From the NCBI GenBank assembly GCA_034780895.1, contig JAUZTB010000001.1, positions 45,888,633-45,952,433 of the forward strand: a stretch of DNA of 63,801 bases, written 5' to 3'. The stretch is from Rhynchobatus australiae (taxonomy: Eukaryota). Position numbers and translations under genes: made by a program. Within the stretch, counting starts at the first letter, position 1, and each line of letters starts with the position of its first letter. Below are positions 12,992 through 25,960 of this stretch, one piece after another. The notes under the pieces were generated by a model. That model saw only the letters and a list, made by a program, of their open reading frames with translations, had not been told where the DNA came from and did not search any database.

Positions 12992-13040
12992 CTATCTATC
13001 TATCTATCTGTTTGTCTGTCTGTCTATCCATCTATCTATT
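12992..13040. repeat. (CTAT)n/(CTGT)n microsatellite
   Basis: ctatctatctatctatctgtttgtctgtctgtctatccatctatctat is directly visible. Confidence 0.9.
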
Positions 13041-13049
13041 TATATATTG

Positions 13050-13360
13050 ATTGGGATCTGGCCAGAATTTATTGTCTACCCGTAATTTGCCTTTGAACTG
13101 AGTGACATACCAAACCATTTAAGAGTCAACTTCATAGGTGGATCTGGGGTCACCCAAGGACTAAACCAGATAAGAAGGGCACATTCCCTTCACTGAACCA
13201 GTTGGGTTTTTGCAGCAATCCAGTAGTTCTGCAGTCTTCATTACTAATGGTTATTTTTCAAATTAATCCAGGTAATTGACTGAATTTAAATTCCACAGCA
13301 GCACTGGTGGGATTTGAACACAAGTCAGTTTCCTCGGCTGATAACTTAACCACTGTATCA
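13050..13360 (-). mobile_element. tRNA-derived SINE (second family) sharing its 3' end with the 7315-type LINE
   Basis: The reverse complement has a B-box-like gttcaaatcccacc and the tail gacaataaattctggcc. Homologous to 46620-46945, 49275-49650, 51150-51385 and 59030-59290. Confidence 0.7.
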
Positions 13361-16300
13361 CAAGTTCTGCACTAGGAAAGGAAATACATTTACTTCGAAA
13401 ATAAAACTTAGGTAAGAATGAGCAAATTTCACTTCAAGCCGTACTGCTTTTTGGATCACTGTTCTACCTGGAAGTCATCTGCCTTCTGGCTCATTGTTAA
13501 GCCTGTCACCCTCCCCCAAATGAAGCAGGGATCTGGTCTCTTTTATATTGCAGTAGGTAATTGAAGAATGCATAACTTTGATGAAATTACTTCATTAATA
13601 CATGCAGCTCCTGAATTCTTTAATATCTGATTCTGACTTCTAACTCTCATTTTGCTATTATTTGTAATAATTTAATTGATTTTTTTTAATCAGCAGAATA
13701 ATGCCTTCATGTACGGTTGGATAATGGTCTGAATCTCAAAAACATCCAAAATTATTATTTGTCGGTTTCTGATTGGATGCACTAGTCCATAATCAGTTCC
13801 AGCAATTTGTCATCAGGCCTGAGGTAGAAATGAGAAGTTGTCGTCCTTATTAAGTGGGAGCTGCGTTAATATAGTGCAGTGAACACTTGGTTCATTCTGA
13901 AACCAAAGGCATGTTGGGCATCATACTCAGAAATACCTGGGATATACAGTATAAGTGAGAGCTGGGAAGGGAGTTGAGCACCTAGAGGAGTTTAGCTGAG
14001 TGATTTTTTTTAAGTAATTCCAGGATACTCACTGTGCATATTTTGTTTATTTCTACTTGGCACAACTCTTAACTGATGTGTTGAGAAGGAAAGGGAGTGT
14101 TTGAGGAGGAATTCAGGAAAATCAGACTTCCAAAGGAACTTTGTTTTCTTGCTTCCACCAGCTTTGCCAGAAGGAGGAACTGCAGAAGCAGCAGATTCCA
14201 ACAATGTCACTAACATGTGTGGAAACCTTTTATGCCAGATAGTCTTCTGGAAGTAACCCTGTCACAAAGTTGCATGTTTCACATGGCACAGAATTAAGTG
14301 GTTACCGTCTAATTGTTTACAGCCAGCAAGAAACTGCCAACTATTTTTGCAGGGCAAGGTATTCTGACCTGCAACTGACTGTGGGTATCTATCTTCACAG
14401 GGTCTGGGTCAATTGTAGAGCTAAGTCATCCATTACAGGGACACCTGCAACTACTGAGGCTGGTGCAGGCAGAGACAATGATAGCTGGCTGTGTTGCCTT
14501 CTCGTACTGATACTGTAGTGCTGACCTACAGGGATAGCACTGTGGAGAGCATCAGAGGAGAACCCTCCTTGCAAGCACTTCACGAAGCATCAACCTGATC
14601 CTGGGAGGTCAACAAATAAGGCTGAGTACTGGGCATCCTCATNNNNNNNNNNNNNNNNNNNNNNNNNNNNNNNNNNNNNNNNNNNNNNNNNNNNNNNNNN
14701 NNNNNNNNNNNNNNNNNNNNNNNNNNNNNNNNNNNNNNNNNNAAATAAGGCTGAGTACTGGGCATCCTCATACCAAACCCTAGGTCTCTTCCCTTTAATT
14801 GATGTAAGATCTTTATTAATATCCTACCTTTGGCAAAAAAGAAACACTGATGAATTGAGAAGTTATTTAAGGCTCCCCAGCAGATTGCTGATCTGTTGCC
14901 TCCATTACATCGCGCTCGTTGTCTGCTTCCTTTTAAGTTTCACAGACAAATCATAATTCTCTTCTGTGCTTCCTATACTTCTCTTATTCTTGCACTTAAT
15001 AAAAACTGTGACCATTCAACATAAAATTATGGTAAAGAGCCAGCAGTTTTCCACTACCCTTCGTCAGTTTTTCAATGTCATTTCACTGAAAATATTTCAA
15101 CTAGGAACCCCATTTATCAAAGTAATCTTGCTTCATGTAGTCATCACTCCTTCCTATCATGGCTACTTGGCTATTTTGTTTTCAACTTTCCCCTTAACTT
15201 TGGTATCTAATACTTTCTTCCTGTTATGAACAATCATGTTCTTTGTAACCTGTGATCTAAGCTCCAGTATTTGCCCTTGTCCAAATACAGCTTATCGCCT
15301 CAGCAGTGCTTTGTAAGTGGAAAACCATCCAAGCAAAAGCCATAGCTGACTGCACAGCTGTCTGAGCAGTCGGGCTAGAAGTACAATGAAGAGATATGTG
15401 TCTGAACTCTGTTAATCTAATGGTGAGTGTGTGTCTGACTCCTGATGAAATAGTAGGGAGTGGAAGGTCTGCCTGTGTTGCATGGCATATCTGTGTCCCT
15501 GGCAGATTCAAGGTATAATCAATCTCCATTCCTTGTAGATTAAGAAGGACTATCGCCCTACTTATGATCATGCTATGTGGTTATATTTCAAAGCTGGGGA
15601 GAATCAACTTGACCGTCTGAACTTGGTGTGAATTTATTTGAATTAAAACAATTTAGGAAGGACAGAAAAGCCATTGGTCACATTATAATCAAGTTAAACT
15701 TGGAAATGGTTCTGGATGTCCGCATGAAGCATTGCAAAAACAGTATCAGAAGGAAAATAGATTAGAAAGTACAGGATGATGAAGGTTATCTACCTCATCA
15801 ACACATTCACAGTAATCAATGAGAACTATGCAAAATTACAATCTATTCTTCCACACATCTACATTCCTCAGCCATGATCAGTTGACTTCCACATACAGAT
15901 ACCCCCAGCCCAACAATAATGAATTATTATGTTCATGATGTACTTAAATATATCACTCCATTAGTTTCCCTATCCCCAGCTGAGCATTTATTCAATTTAC
16001 TAGAGAGAGAAAAGAAATGCTGGTGGTCTGAACCACTGCAGCCTGTGCTTCCCCATATCCAAACAATGCACAAACATAGTCTACCCTCTATCAAAGTGGG
16101 CTAATATTTGAATGTTGATGGNNNNCTCGACGTCAGCATAAACATTAATTCTGCTGGTTTCAATGAGGCAGCCATATATTTCTATTCTTACTCAGGACTT
16201 TTTAAAATGTGCAAACAGGAATTCCTGAAGTAATTAGTAAGAACAATTTATTAAACTTCTCTAAGTGATAAATAAAATAATAATCTTAGGAAATGCTAAA

Positions 16301-18719
16301 ATAACAAATGGTGGACAAATCATGTGACGTGCCTGAATAAAGCATTTAAATTGAGTCATTGAATGAGATTTGGATTGATCAAACATTATTTTCCAAAATG
16401 GTTGGGGCTGGAATGCGTTAATCAGCTAATGCACTCTCTGTATTTTAACATTGGACTTGTCAAAGGAAAGATACTGTGCTTTTGGCTGCAGTTACATCTC
16501 TAAATAGTTATATGTTGCATTGTTAAGCTATGAAAATTGTTACTTAGTTTAAATTTTAATTACAGATTTAAATATATCAAAGAAATTTATGGAAGTTTTT
16601 TTAGTAAGATATTAGGTTTCAAATGGCATTCTCTCTCTCTCAGCGTTCGATACATACCTTACACTGAAGCACCATTTGAATAAGAAAACATGAAGAACGA
16701 TCTTTAAAAAATCTGACAAATTCTGCCTTTTTGAATCGTAGACAGGTGTTTTTGTTTAATTTGAAATATTAGTAGCTTAACAGAAAACGCATTTCATTGC
16801 GCAGTAAATTGTTTACATTTTCTGTCAGGACATTAATACCATTCCTGTTTGTTAATCATTGGCACCAGAGGGATTGTGACAACTACATGAATTGCATGTT
16901 TAAATATTTTCAAAGTAAAAATGGACTCATCAACAAATTGTCAGTATTTCAAATATACCAGTCAAGCCATTCATTTATATCACACTCCATGCCTGTTTGG
17001 AGCAAATGGTTCAAATACATGATATTACCTGTGTTTCACAGAGTTACATGNNNATAACACCCACTTATTCATTTCACTATTAATTGGTTCTTCTGTGTAA
17101 TGCAAAAGTGTTTGGTGCCCATTAAAGTCATAGCATACGGAGGCTAGTTACTACTTAAGCAGGAAAGAACGTGGCTTGGTTTTTCCTGAGTGGGGCGAGC
17201 TGCCTGCATCCACCACCATACTTCCCCACCACATTTCCTAATCTGCAAAGTTCTGATGGCAACAAGGCCTCACACGTTACAAGCAGTAAGCTAATCAAGG
17301 GTGCACAGGCCTGAACTGTCCCACGCACAGTTCTTTTGTCTGTTAAAGCTGTCAAGGTTTATCCTTGCTTCAAAATGGTATTTTATTTTTTTATGAAGTT
17401 TTATTAGTTTAATTAATTTTTAATAGTGTTTTCCTTCATTTTTCTGAATGTCAAGGGCATTTTGAAACATTGAAAAACCATGATGGCTCTGATAGACATA
17501 AGATCTGCAGGTGGGACATTGACGTCTGGCAAAGGATTCCAGAGAGTGTCTGGCACAGAGCATTTGCTTTACATTATTGAAACAATTAATGGTGCCATGA
17601 ATAAGTGGACATTATATTTACATAACTGTGCAAAATACAGCTAATATAATGTACTTAACAAATGTCTTCCAGTTCCACCTTGTCATTCATTTTACTGCTA
17701 ATCAAAATGAGGGATATCAGCTCAAATGAACAGGACACTATAACAATCTATGGCATAAATATTAAGTCTGATTTTTGTCACTAAGAGCATATCAATTGTG
17801 AAAGTTAAGGACAGTCAGTATCCAAATGGTTAATGACTGATGAGTTACCAGTGATGGCCAAACAACAGAAGCCCCAGAGAGTGTCATTGCTTACTTACAA
17901 AATGTGAGACATCATCTTGCATTGGTTATGAGTTTTCAGGCTGTCAGCTAGCTATTAACATTTACTTTGGATTTTCAAAACTTATTTCACCATGTTTTAA
18001 AAGCAAGCTAAATCTTTTGACATGGTGGTAATAACAAAAGTTTTGTTTGGGTCAGATGTATGACAGTAAAGAAAACCAGAGGAAAAAGGGTAGAATTCTT
18101 TCACTAATGTTTTAAACAGTCAAGTAGGGTGGTTTCGGTACATCACAGAAAATAAATTACAGCACTGATAGAGCGGGAGGAATTTCTTTAAACGGCTTAT
18201 TCAGGTGCTGTCTGTATTGGCACGGTCATATGGCGATGTGCACAGATATTCAAAAAAACACCAAGAAGGGAAAGAGTTCTAGAAAATGCAAATTCAACAA
18301 TGTAAAAGAAAATCCAATTAACCTGAATGACGTAATAGAGAAGCATCAGGCCTATGTTACAAGCAAAAGCCTGACTAGTCTCAGCTGTTCTGTGGCAATC
18401 ATGTTGATTATCTTTTAGTTTATACATAAACTAAACAACTAAACTGCAAACAACTCAATGACCAGTAAATATTTGCCTCGCATGAGTTCATGGTGGGTAA
18501 TATTCTGGACAAAGGGGCCACAGGCAGTGAATCACCTTTCTCAGTATGTCTGAGTGGTGCATCAAGTGCAGGCACCATTTATAGGCTGCTACAACAAGAC
18601 CTGCTACACTTGGACCTAATGACCATACTTACCTGTGGTTCTCAAATTAGCCTCAACTGTTTTGTTTTTGGATCCTTCCAGGGATCTTTCAGAGATATTT
18701 GAAGGATCTTCCAGTTCTT

Positions 18720-18842
18720 TTATTAAACTTTATACAGCACAGTAACAGGCCCTTCTGGCCCAACGAACCCACACCACCCCATTACACCCATGGTAAACTT
18801 TAACCCAGACGTCTTTGCAATGTGGGAGGAAACCAGAGAAGA
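18720..18842 (-). mobile_element. V-SINE 3' fragment
   Basis: acagcacagtaacaggcccttctggcccaacga...atgtgggaggaaaccagag is the reverse complement of the V-core end plus the short tail. Confidence 0.75.
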
Positions 18843-19077
18843 ATGCTTTGTTTAACAGGGCTGGCAATTAAGACAACGTCTGCGCTAACATCAGTTGGTG
18901 TGAGTGTCTGCTTGGATCTTCAGCTTTAGCTGGCTTTCTGCAAGTACAGGAAGATATCAGCTCCACAAGCATGGCATTAGAACCCTCATAGATTACCCGA
19001 AGCTGTTTGTTGACCACAGGCATTTAATCAGAAGGTCATGCAGCTCAGAAACAGGCCCTTTGACCACTGAGTCAGCG

Positions 19078-20046
19078 NNNNNNNNNNNNNNNNNNNNNNN
19101 NNNNNNNNNNNNNNNNNNNNNNNNNNNNNNNNNNNNNNNNNNNNNNNNNNNNNNNNNNNNNNNNNNNNNNNNNNNNNNNNNNNNNNNNNNNNNNNNNNNN
19201 NNNNNNNNNNNNNNNNNNNNNNNNNNNNNNNNNNNNNNNNNNNNNNNNNNNNNNNNNNNNNNNNNNNNNNNNNNNNNNNNNNNNNNNNNNNNNNNNNNNN
19301 NNNNNNNNNNNNNNNNNNNNNNNNNNNNNNNNNNNNNNNNNNNNNNNNNNNNNNNNNNNNNNNNNNNNNNNNNNNNNNNNNNNNNNNNNNNNNNNNNNNN
19401 NNNNNNNNNNNNNNNNNNNNNNNNNNNNNNNNNNNNNNNNNNNNNNNNNNNNNNNNNNNNNNNNNNNNNNNNNNNNNNNNNNNNNNNNNNNNNNNNNNNN
19501 NNNNNNNNNNNNNNNNNNNNNNNNNNNNNNNNNNNNNNNNNNNNNNNNNNNNNNNNNNNNNNNNNNNNNNNNNNNNNNNNNNNNNNNNNNNNNNNNNNNN
19601 NNNNNNNNNNNNNNNNNNNNNNNNNNNNNNNNNNNNNNNNNNNNNNNNNNNNNNNNNNNNNNNNNNNNNNNNNNNNNNNNNNNNNNNNNNNNNNNNNNNN
19701 NNNNNNNNNNNNNNNNNNNNNNNNNNNNNNNNNNNNNNNNNNNNNNNNNNNNNNNNNNNNNNNNNNNNNNNNNNNNNNNNNNNNNNNNNNNNNNNNNNNN
19801 NNNNNNNNNNNNNNNNNNNNNNNNNNNNNNNNNNNNNNNNNNNNNNNNNNNNNNNNNNNNNNNNNNNNNNNNNNNNNNNNNNNNNNNNNNNNNNNNNNNN
19901 NNNNNNNNNNNNNNNNNNNNNNNNNNNNNNNNNNNNNNNNNNNNNNNNNNNNNNNNNNNNNNNNNNNNNNNNNNNNNNNNNNNNNNNNNNNNNNNNNNNN
20001 NNNNNNNNNNNNNNNNNNNNNNNNNNNNNNNNNNNNNNNNNNNNNN
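19078..20046. other. Largest assembly gap (969 N), flanked by SINE/LINE tails
   Basis: N-run. The left flank is a minus-strand CR1/SINE tail (aaacaggccctttgaccactgagtc) and the right flank is a Rex-type V-SINE tail (catgtggctaataaagatatc). Confidence 0.95.
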
Positions 20047-20436
20047 CATGTGGCTAATAAAGATATCATCTTATCTAAGTTGCACACACAGCGCCCATCT
20101 CAGGTCTGTATATAAAATCCACCTTTATATTCCAATCCCACCCCTCAAAACCACTAACACAAAGCAATCCTGGAAGCAACCAGGCATTCCCTCCACATCC
20201 TCGCCATCAATCTGAGTCTTCCCATTCACCATCAAGTTACTACTGCCAACTCGAGTGTACATTTAAGTATGGACTTGCTATTCTTTATGTTTATAATATT
20301 TATGTTGTGTTCATACTGTGATCCTGATTGGACAAGAAAGTCGTGTGGTGTACTTGCTTCTCAACTGTGAAGCAATGTTATACACGACCAGGAATAGTCA
20401 GTCTGAAAGTCTCAACATGTAAATAGCTTAAGGTTG

Positions 20437-20535
20437 ACACAAGAAATTCTGTAGATGCTGGAATCTGGAGCAATATACAAGAAGTGCTGCAGGAACTCAA
20501 CAGGTCAGGCAGCATCCATGGAAGGAAATAAACAC
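20437..20535. mobile_element. PLE terminal-repeat fragment inserted in the putative Gypsy LTR
   Basis: gacacaagaaattctgtagatgctggaatctggagcaa...tgctgcaggaactcaacaggtcaggcagcatccatgg belongs to the same family as 36326-36577. Confidence 0.75.
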
Positions 20536-22715
20536 ACTAAGCTTATAGGGTGCTGTTTTGCAAATACACACAGCCTTATTGGTTTTATATATGCATTAAT
20601 TCACAAAGGTATATTGAATTAGGATGGTAATTTTTCCTTAGGATTGTTGGAGGACAATTGATAACTCTCACCCGGCAGTTTTAACTGAGTTTGCAACACC
20701 AAAACAGATTTTCTGCAATCACAAACATGAAATCTTACTTGTTGAAGGCATTTGCTTGTACCAAAGAGAGTGCACAGCACAAGAAGCCACAGTGGCAATG
20801 GAGTGTGGCATTAGTTTATCGCCTGACTAATCCAGACATCAAGTCTGGCCAGGATACTCCTTAGTAGGTTGGGGATGTCAGGACTGCATAGATTGGATAT
20901 ATCAGGAGCCTCAGAATGCATGATCGAGTACAAGAACTATTCGGCTTGTACACTAAATGAAGGGGCACAATACTTAAAGTGAACAATATCCTGGGGGTTG
21001 AAGGAGGAGATGGCATTGTGGCAACCCAAGATGAAGTGCCATGCAAGCATAAGAAAACAATACTTTTGGCAGAGATTTGGGCCAGATGCTTATGGCACAT
21101 TGACAAATCTTCCCATGGCACACAAGGGGAAAGATATTTTGTTTAAAGAGCTTGAGCCAAAACTAGAAGGTTACTTTAATGTAAAGCTGCTAGAAATATC
21201 TGAGCGCTATAAGTTCATCACGATGACTCAGAAGCAAATTGAGACAGTGTGTGAGTTCGCTGCCTTTTAGACCATGCCTTACAAGATGCATTAGAGTGAT
21301 GGACAAATAAATTCAGATAAAACTGCTAAGCATGTAAAATCTGATTTCTGAACTTGCATGTAAAATTATTGCGTCCATGGAAGTGGCATCCAAGCACACC
21401 AGAGAATGTCGTTCACCGCAGTGACTGGTGTAGCTGCAGTCCTCAGTCAGAGAACCTAAGTGGACTGGAATTCAATCAGTGGTTATCATTGCAATGGCTA
21501 TCACTCACATGAGTTTTGTCAGCTTAGAACAACCAAGTCCCCAAATTGATCAGTCACAATTCACAAACTGAAATTCCAAAGCTAAGGCAAGCAACAAAAA
21601 AAAGTTCAGTGGCAATTCAAAATAACAACACAAGGGTTCATAGTTAGAAAGTGCTTCAGACAATGAAGAACTGGCATTGCATACTATCTATGTAAGTATG
21701 TGGTAAGAGCAGCAAATGACAGGCTCTCGTGTATATATTTTGATTAACAGCAGTGCACTGACATGCATATTGATATGGCTGCAAACTTTCAGTAATGAGT
21801 CAGAACACATACTCTAGCATTTTCAACTAGATACCACTGACAGAAATTATTGTCATGTCAAATAGTACATTATGGTGAGGTTTTACAGACATTAGGAAGA
21901 ATTAAGTGCATGGTGCAACACTGCGGACAGAGAGTGTAGTGACTTATCACCATAGCAAACTGTGAAAACAAGCCAACATTGATGGAGAAGGAGTGGCTGA
22001 GACAATGTAAGCTACATTGGAAGCATGCTTTCAGTACTGAAAGTTTAAAGTAATAACTTAACTAGTTGTTGGAAAGGTATAGTCAAATACTTAGAGTGAG
22101 CTACACACAGTTATAAAAGGGTACAATCCACTTGTTTGTGTAAGGCAGATGCAAAACTGGGCCATTGCAAGCCCAAACCAGTCCTGCATACTCAACAGAG
22201 TAATGTTGAAAAGGAACTGGTTAATCAAGAACAAAAACTTGAATGAGTGGACCGGACCAATAATAGTTCTGTCTCAAGGTAGACAAAACCATTGAGTTAT
22301 GTGAAATAGCAGGAAATCAAGCCAGAAACAGCGAACAATATTAACCACTAATTTTATTGGACTTATGCATGGAGCTAGCAGGATGAAAACGATGGACAGA
22401 ATTGAATTTCACCCATGGCCATACACAACTGAATGCTGGGAAATATAGACGACAGAACCTGAACATTAACGCACACAAAGATATCTACTCATATACTAAT
22501 TTACCCTGTGGAGTCAAGCTTTTGTCCAAGTTTTTATCAGGACAAGAAGAATAAATCCTTGCAGCTAGTGGCTTATTGATTGTGTAGACACAGGATGACC
22601 TGTTGATTGCTACTAGCACAGAAGAAAATCTGATTTGAAATAAGAGTCACACCAATGCCTGAAAGCCTGAAAACACAGCAGAGCTAAAGTTGTTCCCAGA
22701 GATGTTGCAGTATTG

Positions 22716-23446
22716 CATGTGAAGTTGTTCTTTTTGGCAGGAGAAATAATAAAAGCATATTACCTGAACAGTGAGAGATTCCAGAGCTCTGTGCTGCAGA
22801 GGGAGCTGGGTGTCCCAGTGCATGATTTACAAAAGACTAGAATATAAGTACAGCAAGTAATGGGAAAGCTATAGGAATGTTATTGTTTATTGCTAGGGGA
22901 ATTGAATAAAGAAATATAGGGAGGTTATACTTCAGTTAACTAGGGAAATAGTAAGACTTCATCTGGTGTACAATGTACACAGGTGGTCTCATCATTAAGG
23001 AAATGTAAGGTGAAGGTTTACTAGACTAATATCTGGAATGGATGGTGTATCTTATGAACAGACCAGGTTTCTAGCTACTGAGAAGTGAGAGGCAACTTGA
23101 CTGAAATGTAAGATCCTGATGAGATTTGAGATGAAAGATGTTGAGTGTTTCCTCATGTGGGAGAATCTGGAAAGAAGGGTCACTATTTAAGTATATGAGG
23201 TTGCCTGCTTAAGACAGAAGTGAGGTGAAATTCTTTCTCCCACAGGGCTGTCAATTTTTGGAACTCTCATCGTCAAAGCATGGTAGGGGCAAAGCCTTTG
23301 AACATTTTCAAGGCAGAGGTGGATAGATTCTTGACAGCAAGTGGATGAAAGGTTATTATAGGCCAATGGGAATCAGGTCATCCATGATCTTTTTAAATGG
23401 CAGAGCAAGCTTGTGGGGCTGAGTCCTGCTCCAAATTCAAATGTTC
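22716..23446 (+). mobile_element. 5'-truncated CR1 LINE nested in Gypsy pol
   Basis: CR1 3' ORF2 remnants (QRELGVPVHD; FFLPQ/VNFWNS) and the tail ggcagagcaagcttgtggggctgagtcctgctcc. Gypsy pol is contiguous on both sides. Confidence 0.85.
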
Positions 23447-25479
23447 CAGATCTTGTTGTCTGTGTTCGCACCATCGCATCACATGTTGAAAAAGGACGTG
23501 AAATGGATGTGGAACAAGGGAAGAAAATATATGGTGAATGCATGAAAAGATTGGCATTTTCCATTATGATACTGTGTACAAGTTGAAGTTGCCATGCAAT
23601 GTGTCACATTAGGATATAGGTGCAGTAAAAGCCACATGATGGTGGATTTGGCTGTCTGATATTTAATTCTGTCACCCAGGAGCTAGGATGCTCACATCTT
23701 ACCATGTCCAAAGGGCAGCCATGCTGTTGATTGTGATTTGGTAGCAGCCTCCTCCTTGTCCAATGTTCTGCACTCACTTTTGCTGAAAGGAGGCTGATGT
23801 GTGAGAGTCAGGGCCTGCAATCACCCAGTGGGTGAAGAACATTTGTTGAAGTGGACCACGAGAGGATGGGGTGCGTGTCCAATGGATGGATACATCATTG
23901 AACTGCTTCTTTCACTGGGTCCTGCTGCTGAGATGTCTCCCCAGGTCCCCAGCAGCACATCCATGGAGGCACCCAAGGAGTGAAGCATAGCCCTGTCCCC
24001 CATTCACTTCCAATTCTGATCCCCCTCCTCACTTCTTCCCAATGCCCCTTCCAAAGTATACCAGCGATGAATCTCTCCGCACATATTACCTTTCTGTTTA
24101 ATTTGCCGCATTCAGCCTAATCTCTGAATAGCTTCCAGGACTGGGTAAAGAGAAATTCTTACAACCTCTCTCAACTTCATAATTTTCTACATGCAGCAGG
24201 AGATGGCTGCAGCCACAAAGTGTAATGTAATGCAGAGTACATTTACAGCACAGCAGGAAGCCGAATATGTGTGTGCTGAACCTATTTTGCTTTACTAGAA
24301 TCGTAAATTGATTAGATAGGCATGGGGGTGTCTGAGAGACAGTCACTGCTTAGGCTTCCACTGACCATTGTTATTGAGAGTACAGACCTGGCTCCATTCT
24401 CCAGACCATAGCAGAGCCATTGACCTGCCCTCTTATATTGTTAGACCTAAAAACAATGAAGAGGAGAACAGTGAAGCTCAGCCTGACCTCAGCCTGCCTC
24501 TTCACACTGCACCATTGCATCTTGTCCATCACCTACCCCTTTCCTTTGGCACCAGGCCCTGAGTGTGGCCCCAGATGCAGTTGCAGGGGCCAGCAGATCA
24601 TTGAAGGTCGCTGAGTCAGGAAATTCACCTCCAACCACACTATGAATAAAAGGTTAAAAACAATAATTAAATGCTTATACAAGTTAAGCCTTATCTTACT
24701 CAGCAGATTAATTAGAATACACAGTTAGCACCTCAGGAAACATGGCTAGACATTGCACTTCTGGGATTGGGGCTTTGAAGAGAGGTAGATTTCCTTGGAG
24801 GCAATATTAATGGAATTGGCTTGCAGAGTTCCAGCATACTTAGTATTGAATTCAGAATCCAGAAGAGAAGAAGATTTTATACATTTTGATAAAGCCATGC
24901 TGAAAATATAAACAGTTCTCAATAGAGACAGAAAATAATCTGCTTTAATAACATTTAGTCTCACAATGAATTATGCATGATAATTTGTAAAACATCCCCA
25001 TATTTATTGAGCACTCTTATTAAATAAACAGTGAAGACCCACAATTGGGAAAGTGTATAGTTAGCCAGGCTTCTCTCCTAACTTCCTCTATAACACATTA
25101 ATTATTCAAAAGATCTGCTCCATGTGTCAGTTGAGGATAGGATGTCCATCTTATATGTATGTTCTGCCTTCTTTAAGAAATGTAATATATGCAACAATCC
25201 CATCATCAGCATCACCCAATTATACTGTTCAGAAAAAAAATCCTGCTTTCCCCTTAGCTATCTGGTCATCCTTTTTCATGATGCTATTTAAAGTTTGCTT
25301 GTTGCTCTTAAACCAAGAACACTGGAGTCTGCTTTTGACATTTATCTGTGAGGGCATAATTCTGAGATGATAGGTTCTGGTGGAGAAGGGCAATGGGAAA
25401 TTGAAATGTTGAGGCAGAAATTCATTCATAGTTTCATGATCCATATTTGCAATTAAGTAGCATATACACATTGCCTCCT

Positions 25480-25720
25480 ATTCTCCTAGCTCTGTTGTAT
25501 TTGCTCCAATGCCAAGACTTTCCACATAGTTGTCTGATGCCTTCCTGAATTATGTCTTTCCCTCTATCAGAACCCTTCACTGCATCCTATATATTTCCTG
25601 CATCTCTACTTTCTGCCCCTCTGCTTCTCAGCAGAACAAGGATGGAGTTCCCTGGCCCTCATCTTCCACCCCAACACCATCCTTCACAATTTTCACCAGC
25701 TTCAACAAAATTCCAGCACC
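25480..25720 (+). mobile_element. Penelope-like element fragment
   Basis: CICSNAKTFH...SASQQNKDGVP..FHP...ILHNFHQLQQ covers the same PLE region as 310-835. It ends at a gap. Confidence 0.75.
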
Positions 25721-25820
25721 NNNNNNNNNNNNNNNNNNNNNNNNNNNNNNNNNNNNNNNNNNNNNNNNNNNNNNNNNNNNNNNNNNNNNNNNNNNNNNNN
25801 NNNNNNNNNNNNNNNNNNNN

Positions 25821-25960
25821 CTGCCTTTAAAAGTCTCCTTAAACCTTCCTCGTTCATTAAGCTTTTGGTCATCTTGGTGTCAAATTTAGTTTGTAATCAC
25901 TTCTGTGAAGAACTTGGGATATTTTACGACTTTAAAGTCATTATATCGACATAAGCAGCT
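25821..25960 (+). mobile_element. L2 LINE 3' end
   Basis: cctttaaaagtctccttaaacc...cttggtgtcaaattt...ctgtgaagaacttgggatattttacgactttaaag matches the shark L2 3' terminus pattern. A reverse copy lies at 54862-55150. Confidence 0.65.

Larger units (their letters stand above)
20305..23630 (+). mobile_element. Ancient Gypsy (Ty3/Gypsy, Mag/K02A2.6-like) LTR retrotransposon: putative 5' LTR, PBS, gag, protease, RT and start of RNase H; pseudogenised and interrupted
   Basis: gag: KKTILLAEI/GPDAYGTLTNL...LEGYFNVKLLEISERYKFITMTQKQIETVCEFAA (ORF 20998..21270). Zn-knuckle remnant YHCNGYHSHEFC (~21484). Protease remnants MHIDMAA and YGEVLQTLGRIKCMVQHCG..PTLMEKEWLRQCKLHW. RT remnants CKPKPVLHTQQSNVEKEL, EWTGPIIV, NINAHKDIYSYTNLPCGVK and QDDLLIA. 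After the CR1 insert it resumes with VFAPSHHMLKKDVKWMW (23462) and HYDTVYKLKLPCNVSH*DIGAV (RNase H, CDAS-like). LTR limits are uncertain, and no integrase or 3' LTR was seen. Confidence 0.88.

Noticed and set aside
17832-17888. Hammerhead-like string in unique DNA: ctgatga-gttaccagtgatggc-caaac...gtc
   Set aside because: It has CAAA instead of the essential GAAA and a weak stem II. The aatgac/gtcatt pairing would also sequester C3 and the GUC site instead of forming stem I.
18904-20115. 403-, 364- and 325-aa ORFs (and similar ones at 27567-28064 and 29425-30033)
   Set aside because: They are almost entirely X residues from N gaps.
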